Below are positions 1-10,480 of a DNA stretch of 64,000 nucleotides, piece by piece. Source of the DNA: a virus; IMG/VR virus record IMGVR_UViG_3300024999_000038, positions 1-64,000 of that record. One strand, written 5' to 3'. Numbering within the stretch: position 1 is the first letter of the stretch; the number at the start of each line of letters is the position of its first letter. The translations under genes were made by a program, and so were the position numbers. Below the pieces are notes generated by a model. That model saw nothing but the letters and a program-made list of their open reading frames with translations. It had not been told where the DNA came from and did no database searches.

Positions 1-860
1 ATTGGATAAAATTTATGAATATAATAATAATGATATTCACCATCTGAATCTGAATTTTCTTTATTAAATTTTCTGTTGAATCCATTTTCTACTAACATTG
101 AAAGGTCATCATAGTTTAATTCATTTAGTTCGATTGATGTTTTGTTAGGGATATTGTTATCATCTGGCAATACATTGTCCTCCTTTCCTGTTTCTAATGT
201 TGGATTATTTATATCAAGATCATCTTGTTTAGAATTGATCTCGAAAACTATTGAATTTTTATCAGACGGTTCTGTTAAATATAAAATTGCTAATCCTGTA
301 AAATCAAATTTAATTGGACATCGCCCATTCATCATGCTTCCGTCTTCATTTACAGACCCATTTAAATAACCGATTTTCTTTTCTTTCCCTTTGCCATTTA
401 TCTCAATTGAACCATAAACCTTATTACTAGAAACTTCTTCTTTTAACCACTTTACGAATAATGGATATCTTTGACTATATAAAAACCCCTCTGTCATAAA
501 AAGTTTTTTTGTTATTCCATCAATCTCAACATCTTCTATAAAACAATTTTGAACAGATCCTACAGAAACGCCATCGAATTCTGCATAACCATCTTCACTA
601 AACGACATAGTTCCATGATCACTAGGAATTTGATTTTCTTCGTCAAGCCAAGATACGACATATGGCATTCCAATAGCAGACTTTAAATTATCATTTATAT
701 ATTCCTCAAGCCATGAAATTCCATTGGAATTGTAACGTGAATTATCTGGAACAATTTCTAAAGCTGACATTTTTATTTTTACTCTTCCTGCAACATCTTC
801 TTCTGACATTTCACAAATTTCTATATACGTATTATTGGGAATTATTGTTGACTCATTCAC
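1..860 (-). CDS. YonD-like head maturation/scaffold-region protein (runs off window start)
   Basis: Not in the ORF track. Hand translation from GTG at 860 (RBS GAAAGGAGGTG): VNESTIIPNNTYIEICEMSEEDVAGRVKIKMSALEI..NSNGISW..PSDHG. Lies immediately downstream of the portal, as yonD does in SPbeta. Confidence 0.6.
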   Translation of the reverse strand, partial: MNESTIIPNNTYIEICEMSEEDVAGRVKIKMSALEIVPDNSRYNSNGISWLEEYINDNLKSAIGMPYVVSWLDEENQIPSDHGTMSFSEDGYAEFDGVSVGSVQNCFIEDVEIDGITKKLFMTEGFLYSQRYPLFVKWLKEEVSSNKVYGSIEINGKGKEKKIGYLNGSVNEDGSMMNGRCPIKFDFTGLAILYLTEPSDKNSIVFEINSKQDDLDINNPTLETGKEDNVLPDDNNIPNKTSIELNELNYDDLSMLVENGFNRKFNKENSDSDGEYHYYYIHKFYP

Positions 861-897
861 AAAACATATCACCTCCTTTCATTACAAAATTATTTAT

Positions 898-2517
898 TTA
901 TTTAGTTGATGGTTTTACTTGATTGTTGCTATTTGTATTGCGAGTTACTTTTCCTCCGACACTTAAATCTTTCTCTTTTTTCAAAGGTGCTCCACCTTTA
1001 ATATCACTAGAACTCATTGTGTTTGCAGATTGATGAACAGGATATTTTTCTTCGTATCCCAATTCAATCTCTTCATCTAAACAGCTAAAGTAGTCCTCTA
1101 CATCGAGTCCTGCACAAGCTACTAAATATCTTCTACTTCCTCCAATTAGTGTATATAAAGATTGTGCTTTTTCAAACATATCATCTTTATTTAACCAAGA
1201 AATTGGCAAATACTTAATGTCAATATAATCTTGTGGTTTAATGCCCAATAATTCATTAATAACTCTAGTATACTCTCTAGCTATCTCATTAACACACTGA
1301 AATACTTGAGAAGATACTAAATCTAAATTTACAGCTAAATTAGCATAAGAACTTCCACCACTTGATTCGGCATTTAAAGCAGAACTAGCAAAACCTAAAC
1401 TTGTAGATATTTTCTTCATATTTTCATCACTTAAAGTATTTTCAACTAAAGAAGAATCTTTACTTAACCTATCTATTTTTGTCCCAGGAGCTAAACTAAG
1501 CGTTGAAATTTTAGCAGAATCTCCACTTGTGTTAATTTTTACAGCACCTTTAAAAGCCTCAATAACTTCTTTTTGCTGAGTTGAGTTAAGACTGCAAGAC
1601 CCCGCTTTTTCCCCTTCTGGTAAGATCATAAAATATATACTGCTTGCTAATTCACTGACTAGTTGATATTGACTATCATTATAATCACTACTTGATTTCA
1701 TATCAGTAAATGCAGAAAGTCCTAAAGGTCTTCCATACGGTTCATCTTCTTTTGATTTAAATTTTAATGCAATAGTTTTTCTATAATCTAATATAAACCA
1801 TCTTTTACTAGCGTCTTTTTTATAATCCATATATGCTTTCATAAATTCTTTTGGAAAATTTTTGATTTCATTTACTAGTCCACCATATTTGAATTGGTCA
1901 AAATACATCATATCAAAAGCAGCAATAGATATATTATTTTGGAATCCTATTATTTTACAATAATCTAAATCTAATGGTTGAATCATAAAGTTATCATCTA
2001 ATGATAATCCTTCAATTCTATCTATTGATTCCACTGTCATTGATCCAGTATCGAGATTTTTATTATTTGCAGAAGTTTCTCTTAATGTACCTATATATGT
2101 ACCATAAATATATTCATTTCTTAATATATCTCTAGTTGTTCGATCATGATTTAATAATTTTAATATTAAATTAAACTTTTTCTTTTTCTCTTTTAACTCA
2201 GGTGTTTTGTTTCTCATAGTTGTTATATGAGATAAAATTGGTATCGCAATCATATAATCACATATGTTACTATAAATGCCCTGCAAACCATAAGCTTGTT
2301 CCGATATAGTTCTTAATATTTCATTATATATCATAGGATATTTTACATATTGTTTTAAATCGCTCATGGGGATATTGTCAGTATCTAATCTTCCTGTTGA
2401 TATGGAATAGGAATTGTAAGATAATGAGTTTGTTTCAACTTCATTTGAGAATTGAGTAGAAGTAGGAGAGTCTGATTGGGAAATTTCTGATGAGATTGGT
2501 TGAGTTTTTTTTGTCAA
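898..2517 (-). CDS. Phage portal protein (SPbeta YonE-like)
   Basis: 539 aa, directly downstream of the terminase; PYGRP motif and a C-terminal GGAP..K tail typical of portals; strong RBS. Confidence 0.75.
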   Translation of the reverse strand: MTKKTQPISSEISQSDSPTSTQFSNEVETNSLSYNSYSISTGRLDTDNIPMSDLKQYVKYPMIYNEILRTISEQAYGLQGIYSNICDYMIAIPILSHITTMRNKTPELKEKKKKFNLILKLLNHDRTTRDILRNEYIYGTYIGTLRETSANNKNLDTGSMTVESIDRIEGLSLDDNFMIQPLDLDYCKIIGFQNNISIAAFDMMYFDQFKYGGLVNEIKNFPKEFMKAYMDYKKDASKRWFILDYRKTIALKFKSKEDEPYGRPLGLSAFTDMKSSSDYNDSQYQLVSELASSIYFMILPEGEKAGSCSLNSTQQKEVIEAFKGAVKINTSGDSAKISTLSLAPGTKIDRLSKDSSLVENTLSDENMKKISTSLGFASSALNAESSGGSSYANLAVNLDLVSSQVFQCVNEIAREYTRVINELLGIKPQDYIDIKYLPISWLNKDDMFEKAQSLYTLIGGSRRYLVACAGLDVEDYFSCLDEEIELGYEEKYPVHQSANTMSSSDIKGGAPLKKEKDLSVGGKVTRNTNSNNQVKPSTK

Positions 2518-2553
2518 ATTGGATATGCCTCCTTTCTTTAGGTAGTTATGTTA

Positions 2554-4381
2554 TTATGAATATGAGAATACAAAATCGTGGTCTGAGTCATCTGTGTTAA
2601 TTATATCCCCTCTTCTTTTTTCATATAAATAATGAGCTAAAAGTAATAATGTATAAAACTTATCATCATACATAATTCTTTCTTTGTCTTTTGGTAGTAT
2701 ATATCTTACGCTTGTTTTTTCAGCATTAGATACTCTATGAATATTAATTGTTTCAGTTTTCATAATGTCAATATTAATTAGTGATAATTCTTCCTCAAAT
2801 GAAAGATTATAATTCTTTAAATTTCTTTCACTTCCATCATCAGAAGCTAATGTTACAAATCCTTTACCAGAATACTCATATGGAAATTTAATTAAATCTA
2901 ATTGCAATAACTCCTGTAATTCTTCACACATTTTATTTCTATATTTATTAGGAGATATTAATGCTAACTTATCCCATGCATTAGGATAATTATAAATTTC
3001 AGTTTCATAAATATCAGAAACTTTATCAATAAATCCTTTATGTTTTATACCTTTATCATCAAACCAATCATCTAATAAATTATCTGCATAAGCTGAAACT
3101 CCTGCTCCTCCTGCTCCAGCGTCGATCAAAAATGCTTCAATATTTTCATAATCAGGATTATTATTACCATTATAGTCTAATATTGTTTGCTTTAAGAATT
3201 TTATTTGGTCTGGGGTTTTCATTTTAATCTTTCTTTTACTAGCTAAGTCAATCATATTTGTACAATTTATAATTTTTCCATAGTAACCAATATTATCATC
3301 TTTTAAGATTTGCATCACAGAAACAATACTTCCATCTCCTGCTCTTGCAGGGTCAAAAGCAATCGCAAATTTTTCTTTTCCAGTTTCATTTGAAAATTTA
3401 GGTAAAGAGAATGTGCTATTTCTTGTTATCATAGCACGTTTATATATTTGTGTTTCTCCACCATCCGAATCGAATTTGTTATAATATTCTCTTAATGCTT
3501 TATCTCTATTTGATGTCATAGCGGTTTCTACTTTAGATTTTTGTAAAAGCGGAGGATGCTCTATCCCATCCATCATTGGATTAATAGGAATATTGCAAGG
3601 AATATCACAACAAAAATAATCTCTATTTCCCATCATCATTTTCATTGCAAAATCTTTGTATTTTCTAAAGAATGTGGTATCAACTGAGGATGCAGAAGAA
3701 GCGTAAATTAATTGTGTAGGAACATTTCTTCTTGATGCTTTAACATCGAAATCTTTTTGAACTGATGTGGCAAAATCACTATCTTGTGTTGCAAATGCTG
3801 CCATAGCTTCCAATAATTCTTCACCGGAATACCCCGCTTCATCAAAAAATACAAGTGATGCGCGCTTGCTCCTGTTATTGTCAGGATTTCCATTAAGTGT
3901 AAATATTTCACTGTTATTATATGTTGATACATGAAACGATACAGGATTATGTGAAAACCCAGTCTTACAAGATGGACTTTGTACGATCTCATTTCTAAAT
4001 ATATCTTTTAATGATTTAATTGAATTAATTCTATCTAAAGCAATGTCTTCAATCTTGGTAAAACATTCTTGTGCTTGACTTCCGACATTACTTACTATAT
4101 AAATATCTTGATCTTCGTATAGAATTGATTTTAAACCCATTAATACTGCTGCTTCAAAACTTTTTCCTGCGTTTCGACTTTCACACCACAGTACGTAAGG
4201 AGTATTCCAACTCATTTGAAGAACCCATTTTTGAAAATCCAATAATCTTATACTAACCGAACAAATCTTCAGCCGCGATAATTGGATTACGTCTCCAAAA
4301 CTTTATAATCTTAGAGTTTGCATCATACATTTCGATTTTTCTTGTTGTTAGTAATTTCTTATCACGGTTAAGATTTGCCAT
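2554..4381 (-). CDS. Terminase large subunit (YonF-like); the first 42 codons are out of frame with the 562-aa body
   Basis: Walker A SRNAGKS, Walker B VFFDEAG, nuclease AFDPA and DDK motifs. The RBS-led ATG at 4381 reads MANL..FWRRNPIIAAEDLFG*, and the protein continues IRLLDFQKW in another frame. Confidence 0.9.
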
Positions 4382-4398
4382 TTAAAATATTCACCACC

Positions 4399-5538
4399 TT
4401 AATCATCTTCTGATTTTATTTTAATTCTTAATTTTCTATTTTCTTCCAATGAATCGTCAAGTTCATTTTGTAAACTTTGAATCAATGTTCTTTGTTCTTT
4501 AACTATATTATCTAAATCATTTTCATCAAATCTAAGTTGTTCTAATATACTACTATTTGAAATATCAGCAGCATGTTTCATTCCTATACCCTTTAATTGA
4601 TCATAATAATCAACTTCTGCATCTTCAAATCCAATTTCTCTATAATTTTTCATCATATAAGTCAAAGTAGATTTTCCAGCTTTTTTATCTCCTCTATTTT
4701 TTACAGATATTGAATTTTCTTTTGCAATTTTATCTGTACTTCCTACTATTTGACTTTTAGTGGAAGACAAAGATTTTATTTCTCCTTGATTGGATATTAA
4801 TGTTTTAGTATCGTTACTTAAAGTGGCAATTACTAAATCTATTTTTCTTATTTGATTATTATTATTAACCAATTGTAAAATTTGAGATAACTTAAACGCA
4901 TCATCCAATAAATCCTCATCCAGATAAGTAATTAATTCATTATATAAAAACTTTTGATCAAAATTTGAATATCCAGCAAATGGGTCATATCCAATAAGTC
5001 TAATTACATCGTCTTTTACTTGTAAATCTTTTTCAGTTAATTGTATATTAAAATCCAAATCTTTTGCTTCAATCTCAAATGAATTAGTTATAAGGTCTTT
5101 CCCGGTTTCTTTGTCAAACAAGAATTTTGGGTCAAAACCAGCTAGTGCGTTATTAAAATTACCTAATGAATTAAGTTTTGTCATATAAATTTTTAATGGA
5201 TGCGCAGTTGGTTTATTAGTGCATTGCTTCATTGCACCATCAAAATCACCCTCATTAAATGGAATATCAAACTTCATACAAGTTATAAGAATTGATTTCT
5301 TAATATCTTTTAAAATATTGTAATAAGTGTCATACGTATTACATATACATTCCTTACAGAATACCATTCTCGATTCATTAGGATGATCAATATTTATCCC
5401 TAGATATAGAGGAGATAAACTTTTATAAAAATTTGATCTTACTTTTGGTTCGTCTGTACACATTGGACATTTTATTTTACTTTCTTCATCTTTTGATTTT
5501 ACTATTGGTTGTTTTACTGTTTTCCCAACTCTAGGCAA
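4399..5538 (-). CDS. YonG-like protein with N-terminal Cys motifs (possible terminase small subunit)
   Basis: CPMC..CKEC motifs; sits directly upstream of terL, as yonG does in SPbeta. Confidence 0.55.
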   Translation of the reverse strand: MPRVGKTVKQPIVKSKDEESKIKCPMCTDEPKVRSNFYKSLSPLYLGINIDHPNESRMVFCKECICNTYDTYYNILKDIKKSILITCMKFDIPFNEGDFDGAMKQCTNKPTAHPLKIYMTKLNSLGNFNNALAGFDPKFLFDKETGKDLITNSFEIEAKDLDFNIQLTEKDLQVKDDVIRLIGYDPFAGYSNFDQKFLYNELITYLDEDLLDDAFKLSQILQLVNNNNQIRKIDLVIATLSNDTKTLISNQGEIKSLSSTKSQIVGSTDKIAKENSISVKNRGDKKAGKSTLTYMMKNYREIGFEDAEVDYYDQLKGIGMKHAADISNSSILEQLRFDENDLDNIVKEQRTLIQSLQNELDDSLEENRKLRIKIKSEDD

Positions 5539-5576
5539 TTAACTCCTTCTCCTTTTAAAGAAGAAGTTAATATTAA

Positions 5577-6950
5577 TTAACTAACTTCTTCTAAAATACT
5601 TTTAAATTCTCCTAATTCATATCTTAATTTAAACTCATAAAAATCTTCAATACTAGCATTCTTAGAATATAACTGATGAAAAAGTATATGTATATTATTG
5701 GAAATACATATCCCGATTGGGTATTTATTATGTAACTCAATAACTTTATCTCTTATCTTAATAAATTCATCACCATTATACTTTTGTTTTATTTCATAAC
5801 TCAATATATCTAACGCTTCAGTTATTATTTCATTGAAAGCTTTAAGATGATGAATATCATATTGTTTATTTCCTGTAAAAATACATTCATTATTGCCATT
5901 TAATTTACTTTGTTTTCTCCATGAATTTATACTACTCCTTAATCTTCTGTTTAGATTCTTTAAACTTTCTTCCGCTCTACATAGTTCACATGGTTGTTTA
6001 GTATTCATTAGACTATGATATGTAACTTTTTGAATTGTACCTAAATGATTAGGACATTCAAATTCTATATGAGTATGAACTCCTCCATATAACTGATTTT
6101 CACAAACTTTCAACCCTCTATTTTTAAAGTAATCAAAAATGAAAGATTTTTCATGCCTTAATTGACTTGCTGTAAACTCATACGCACAATAATTACATTT
6201 ATGGTCTGAATCTAATAATTTAACATAACTTCTATGCTGAACACCTTTATCTAAATGTTCTGGGCAAATAAAAGGTAACATTTGAATATTTTTTCTATAT
6301 TCTTCTGGTTCAAATTTAGGTATCAACCCCTTATCTACAAATGCTTTATATACTTCGTTCCCATCATTTCTCGTTGATTCTGCGGATAATTCATATTTTC
6401 CATAAAAACAACATCCTTTATTATTAAGAAACGTTTCTGCATTTGTTTCCTGTATATCATATTCTAAATGAGCTAAACATATAAATTTTATTCTACTTTT
6501 TTTATTTTCATATTCATATCTTTTTGTAATTAATATTAAGTTTTTATTTATAGCTTGATTTATCATTAATTGAAATGGTTTTTGCTGTCTTTCCCGTGAT
6601 GCGATTTTGTACTCATCTAATTTTTGAATATTATCAACGCCATATGTATTCATCATAATATCTTTAGTTTTATATGCTCCACATTTTTTATTTGTACAGC
6701 AATTACCTAATCCATTTTCTTCATCTTCAGTATATTGTCTATACGGTTTTTCATGTATTCCTTTGCACCCATCTTTTTTATAATCGCAATCTACTAATAC
6801 TTTTGCGGTTGATCCTGGAGGCAAATCTTCTACTCTACATTCAAAATAATCACCTTGTTTAATTTTAGAATAACCTTTTTCTAAATACCATTTTGTTGTG
6901 AATCCATTCCATCTAACCATTACTGTTTTACTAGTCATCATTTTTATCAC
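5577..6950 (-). CDS. HNH-type homing endonuclease with repeated Cys/His (CxxH..CxxC) modules
   Basis: C-terminal CIFTG..DIHHL..HILFHQLY HNH signature; repeated FICxxH modules. Confidence 0.7.
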   Translation of the reverse strand: MIKMMTSKTVMVRWNGFTTKWYLEKGYSKIKQGDYFECRVEDLPPGSTAKVLVDCDYKKDGCKGIHEKPYRQYTEDEENGLGNCCTNKKCGAYKTKDIMMNTYGVDNIQKLDEYKIASRERQQKPFQLMINQAINKNLILITKRYEYENKKSRIKFICLAHLEYDIQETNAETFLNNKGCCFYGKYELSAESTRNDGNEVYKAFVDKGLIPKFEPEEYRKNIQMLPFICPEHLDKGVQHRSYVKLLDSDHKCNYCAYEFTASQLRHEKSFIFDYFKNRGLKVCENQLYGGVHTHIEFECPNHLGTIQKVTYHSLMNTKQPCELCRAEESLKNLNRRLRSSINSWRKQSKLNGNNECIFTGNKQYDIHHLKAFNEIITEALDILSYEIKQKYNGDEFIKIRDKVIELHNKYPIGICISNNIHILFHQLYSKNASIEDFYEFKLRYELGEFKSILEEVS

Positions 6951-6982
6951 TTCCTATTTTCTCTCCCACTAAAATATTAATA

Positions 6983-7040
6983 GGGAAGGAGTGTGTAGGA
7001 GAACACCATCTCAGGCTCATGACTTCCTGATTACCTTCCC
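6983..7040 (-). promoter_or_regulatory. Structured RNA leader of the HNH gene
   Basis: Outer stem GGGAAGG/CCTTCCC enclosing hairpins TCAGG-AAGTCATGAG-CCTGA and GTGT-TCTCCT-ACAC. Confidence 0.5.
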
Positions 7041-7062
7041 ATATGAACAAATTATGCTCACA

Positions 7063-7088
7063 TAAAAACCTCACAAATTAATGTGAGG
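7063..7088 (-). terminator. Intrinsic terminator
   Basis: CCTCACA/TGTGAGG stem followed by a T tract on the minus strand. Confidence 0.55.
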
Positions 7089-7153
7089 CATAATCTAAAC
7101 ACAATTAAATTACAACAAACCAGTCCCTTAAAATTTCAAATTCGAAGGATAAT

Positions 7154-7528
7154 TTAATCCTCCAAAAACTCTCTCATTTCTTCCTTACATTCCTCATAAC
7201 CCTCTTCGTATCCTTCATAATTTCCCTTATCATAAATATCTCCAAGCAATTCAAATACATGTTTAGGACATAATTCATTCTCAAACATAAACTTAACTGC
7301 TTCTGCAAGATAAATCATTTTACGATTTTCCTGACAATCTGGACAGGTGCAATCTTCATCATGTTCTTCTTCTGGATAAGCAATTACTCCTTCTTCATTG
7401 TCATGAACTTCATTTTCTAATTCCATTGCATATGTTTCTACGTCTACTTCCTGTCCATCAATCATTAGAATTTGAATCCACTTTTGTTCATCTTTATCCC
7501 ATGCTGATTCTGTATTAAATACTCTCAT
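7154..7528 (-). CDS. Acidic hypothetical protein (CTCPDC motif)
   Basis: 124-aa ORF with RBS in the late operon. Confidence 0.6.
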   Translation of the reverse strand: MRVFNTESAWDKDEQKWIQILMIDGQEVDVETYAMELENEVHDNEEGVIAYPEEEHDEDCTCPDCQENRKMIYLAEAVKFMFENELCPKHVFELLGDIYDKGNYEGYEEGYEECKEEMREFLED

Positions 7529-7587
7529 TAATAATTTCCTGCCTTTATTATTTTATCTTAATTATTGTTTGTGTTTAATGTAAATAA

Positions 7588-8172
7588 TTAAACAATTTCA
7601 TCAATAAATCCATATGTATCCCTAGCTACTTCTGCTAAACAATATGTTTCATTCCTTCTGATTTTCTTTAATTCTTCAGGAGTAATTTTAGTTCTCCTAA
7701 TAATTAAATCATCAAAAATCTTACCAACATCATCTTTATAGAAAGCGATTATGTCTTCTGCTTCCGCGAAATTTGTATTTCCTAAAGAAATTGAGCCTTT
7801 ATGAAGTAATAGAATTGAGTTAATACTTCCTACCCTATGTTTACAACTCATTAATACATATAAACCTGCACTTGCAGCAACAGATAAAACTCTTCCATGA
7901 ATAGGAATACGAGATTTCTCAATGACATCTACAAGAAATGCACATACATCAGCAGAACCACCATATGAAGAAATCCATATCGTAATAGGTTTTAATTTTT
8001 CTATTGGTATATCAATCTCTAATTCATTTTGCAAAAGAATTGGCGTAGCTATCATATCGATACAATTTTCGTCTATTTCTGCATTTAGGTAAAGAACTCG
8101 TTTTTCTTCCCATAATTTCTTGTATATTTCTTCGTAAATTGAACCTGTTTTAAATCCTGATAATATATTCAT
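7588..8172 (-). CDS. ClpP-family serine protease
   Basis: ISSYGGS, AASAG (catalytic Ser), LLLH (catalytic His), C-terminal YGFIDEI. Confidence 0.85.
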   Translation of the reverse strand: MNILSGFKTGSIYEEIYKKLWEEKRVLYLNAEIDENCIDMIATPILLQNELEIDIPIEKLKPITIWISSYGGSADVCAFLVDVIEKSRIPIHGRVLSVAASAGLYVLMSCKHRVGSINSILLLHKGSISLGNTNFAEAEDIIAFYKDDVGKIFDDLIIRRTKITPEELKKIRRNETYCLAEVARDTYGFIDEIV

Positions 8173-8205
8173 AAATTTATCCTCACAATATATTTTATTT
8201 TTTAT

Positions 8206-9426
8206 TTATTTAAGTTTACAGTCATAAACACAAATTACTCTATCATCACCAATAATACTAACTGTCTGACTTGGCTCTCCTATTACTCTGATCCCAGTAC
8301 AATACGAATCGTTAACACAAAAGCTTCCAGACATAATTGTTTTTACTTTCTGAATTGTATCAACGCTAAAGTGATGGGAATGACCAAAATACACTAACTT
8401 TGGTATTTCTCCAATCATTAGTGTTAATTTTTCTACTATCCTACTAGGCGTATCTTTATCTCCATGCGTAAAGAAACAAGTATTATCCTTAACTTTACCA
8501 ATAGCAATTGTATTATCTAAAATAGAATCATGAAACATAATATTTTTATGATTAGACATTCTTGCTTTTAAATACCAAATAATAAAATTCTCATATCTTT
8601 CGCTATCAAGAGATTCTTTCTTGTCCTGAAAATTTCTCGCATGATTTCCAGTTACAAAGTAAATATTAATATTCTCAAAGTGCTGACTTAATTTATCTAA
8701 AAATTTAACCATATATTCAGAGAAATTTTGCACTTGACTTACAACATTTTCTTGATTAGAATATCTTATAATGTTCATATGTACTCCTGATATCAAATCG
8801 CCTAAAAACGCTATATGACAAGTATTTATCTTATGTATCTTTTTAATCTCTAATATTTGCATTGTATAATTTGCCAATCTCTCAAGAAAAACATCTGTGT
8901 TGTATTTTTCAAACTCATTATCGATAGTTAAAGCATAATGTGAATCAGAAATTGGAATTATCATTTCATTATCTTCACCATATTTATGTTCTGGAACAAT
9001 AAATTCAAAATTATTAAACTGTCCATTTTTAATAGATGATTCTAATAATTCTTTTAAACCTTCACTTCTAGCAGATTGTCTTATTAAGGTATTTAATTTA
9101 CTTCTTTGGTCGCCAAGGCGTATTCTTTCCTTCTTTAACTCTATTTCTTTTAAATCCAAATCATTAAGTTTCTTATCCATAATCTCATCTTTAACATTTT
9201 CCATAATAGAATTTAACTTCTTTAATGTCCCATCTCTATCTTGTCTCTTTTTGATAAACTGCCTAAAATGTTCTCCAGACTTAAAATAACTTCCATTATG
9301 CTTGTTTAAATCATTCCATGAAGGTGTTTTAGTATTAAGTATTACTTTATATTTATCTCTATTATTTTTGAAGTCTACGCCTATAATGTAAAGTTCATTT
9401 TTATCTTTAGACATTAATAACCTCAA
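8206..9426 (-). CDS. Calcineurin-like metallophosphoesterase (YonJ-like)
   Basis: SDSH, GDLISG, GNH, THGD and GHSH motifs. Confidence 0.85.
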   Translation of the reverse strand: MRLLMSKDKNELYIIGVDFKNNRDKYKVILNTKTPSWNDLNKHNGSYFKSGEHFRQFIKKRQDRDGTLKKLNSIMENVKDEIMDKKLNDLDLKEIELKKERIRLGDQRSKLNTLIRQSARSEGLKELLESSIKNGQFNNFEFIVPEHKYGEDNEMIIPISDSHYALTIDNEFEKYNTDVFLERLANYTMQILEIKKIHKINTCHIAFLGDLISGVHMNIIRYSNQENVVSQVQNFSEYMVKFLDKLSQHFENINIYFVTGNHARNFQDKKESLDSERYENFIIWYLKARMSNHKNIMFHDSILDNTIAIGKVKDNTCFFTHGDKDTPSRIVEKLTLMIGEIPKLVYFGHSHHFSVDTIQKVKTIMSGSFCVNDSYCTGIRVIGEPSQTVSIIGDDRVICVYDCKLK

Positions 9427-9473
9427 TCTTTATTTATTTTCAATTTTAACAACCACAAATCGACCATGTGATT

Positions 9474-9620
9474 TTATATTACCGTAAAATGTCCACAATC
9501 TTGACAATATAATATTGTTTTTCCACCATAAAATTTTAAATAGAACCTATTTTTACCACAAGTAAGACTTGGGCAAGTTGTATCTGCATTTTCTATGTCA
9601 TAAGTTAATTCATAATTCAT
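9474..9620 (-). CDS. Small Zn-ribbon protein (48 aa)
   Basis: Hand translation MNYELTYDIENADTTCPSLTCG..YCQDCGH; AAGGAGG RBS. Confidence 0.55.
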   Translation of the reverse strand: MNYELTYDIENADTTCPSLTCGKNRFYLKFYGGKTILYCQDCGHFTVI

Positions 9621-9993
9621 ACATTTTTAATCCTCCTTATAGAGAATACAGTGGTAATATCATACATACAAAATCAAATGAGAAGCCCTACAAGCGAGTT
9701 GTAAGCTTCTCTAAACAAATACACAAACATAGTGTAGGACTCAAAAAATAGCACGCTATGAAGATAATTAAATCTCGATTGCGTTATGAACAAAACTCAT
9801 CCTACTCAGTTTTTCTAAGTGATATGAAATTATAATTAAATTGTATTATAAACACAGTTTTTATTTAGGTTGTACTGTGCAAAACCTATTTAGTATTTTT
9901 GTAACACTCATTTTGGGTGGATGAACAACCACTAGCGTATGCAATATGTAAATTTGACTCCCTATTTGTATAAAGTAAAATAAAAATTAGTAT

Positions 9994-10073
9994 GATTATC
10001 GGATGGGCGGTGTATCCATCATCTCAGGTACTCTTTCGAGTGCGTCGGGAACCATTTCCGATCCTCGATAATC
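9994..10073 (-). ncRNA. Putative structured ncRNA (closing stem plus three hairpins) just downstream of the PBECR-like nuclease
   Basis: GC-rich 80-nt island. Closing stem GATTATCG/CGATAATC; arms TCGG..CCGA, ACTC-GAAA-GAGT, GATGG..CCATC. Confidence 0.6.
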
Positions 10074-10096
10074 AACATAATCACTATATTCACTTC

Positions 10097-10480
10097 TTAT
10101 AACCAAAATATTGATCTCTTAATTCTTCCACTATGTAGTCTTCTAGTAAGTTTAGAATTTTGGATTTCATGCATTGTAGAAACATATAAATAATTTTCAT
10201 CGGAATTTAACTTAATTCCAATTAAGATATTTTTATTTAGTATTTTGATTAATTCTATGGTATCTCCATCTTCGTTTGGATTTATCCCAACATAATCAGG
10301 ATTTTTTATAATATCAGAAATACTATCTATATGCTTTAAACAATTAAAGTGTTTCCTATTTATTAAATGGGCAGGAAACCCTTTTGAACGATAAATTTTC
10401 TGTAATGGCATGTTTGAACCAATTACATCATTTAATTCTTGATAAAAATCCCCAACTTCAATAAACTTTTCTTCATCCAT
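10097..10480 (-). CDS. PBECR (phage Barnase/EndoU/ColicinE5/RelE-like) fold nuclease-like protein
   Basis: Pattern H..RKH..I..IIKNPDYVGINP..IELIK..LYVSTM resembles PBECR2/3-type proteins (recognised by eye). Confidence 0.6.
   Translation of the reverse strand: MDEEKFIEVGDFYQELNDVIGSNMPLQKIYRSKGFPAHLINRKHFNCLKHIDSISDIIKNPDYVGINPNEDGDTIELIKILNKNILIGIKLNSDENYLYVSTMHEIQNSKLTRRLHSGRIKRSIFWL

Noticed and set aside
9853-9888. preQ1-I riboswitch call
   Set aside because: Similar topology, but the ligand-binding loop consensus is absent and there is no queuosine-related gene downstream.
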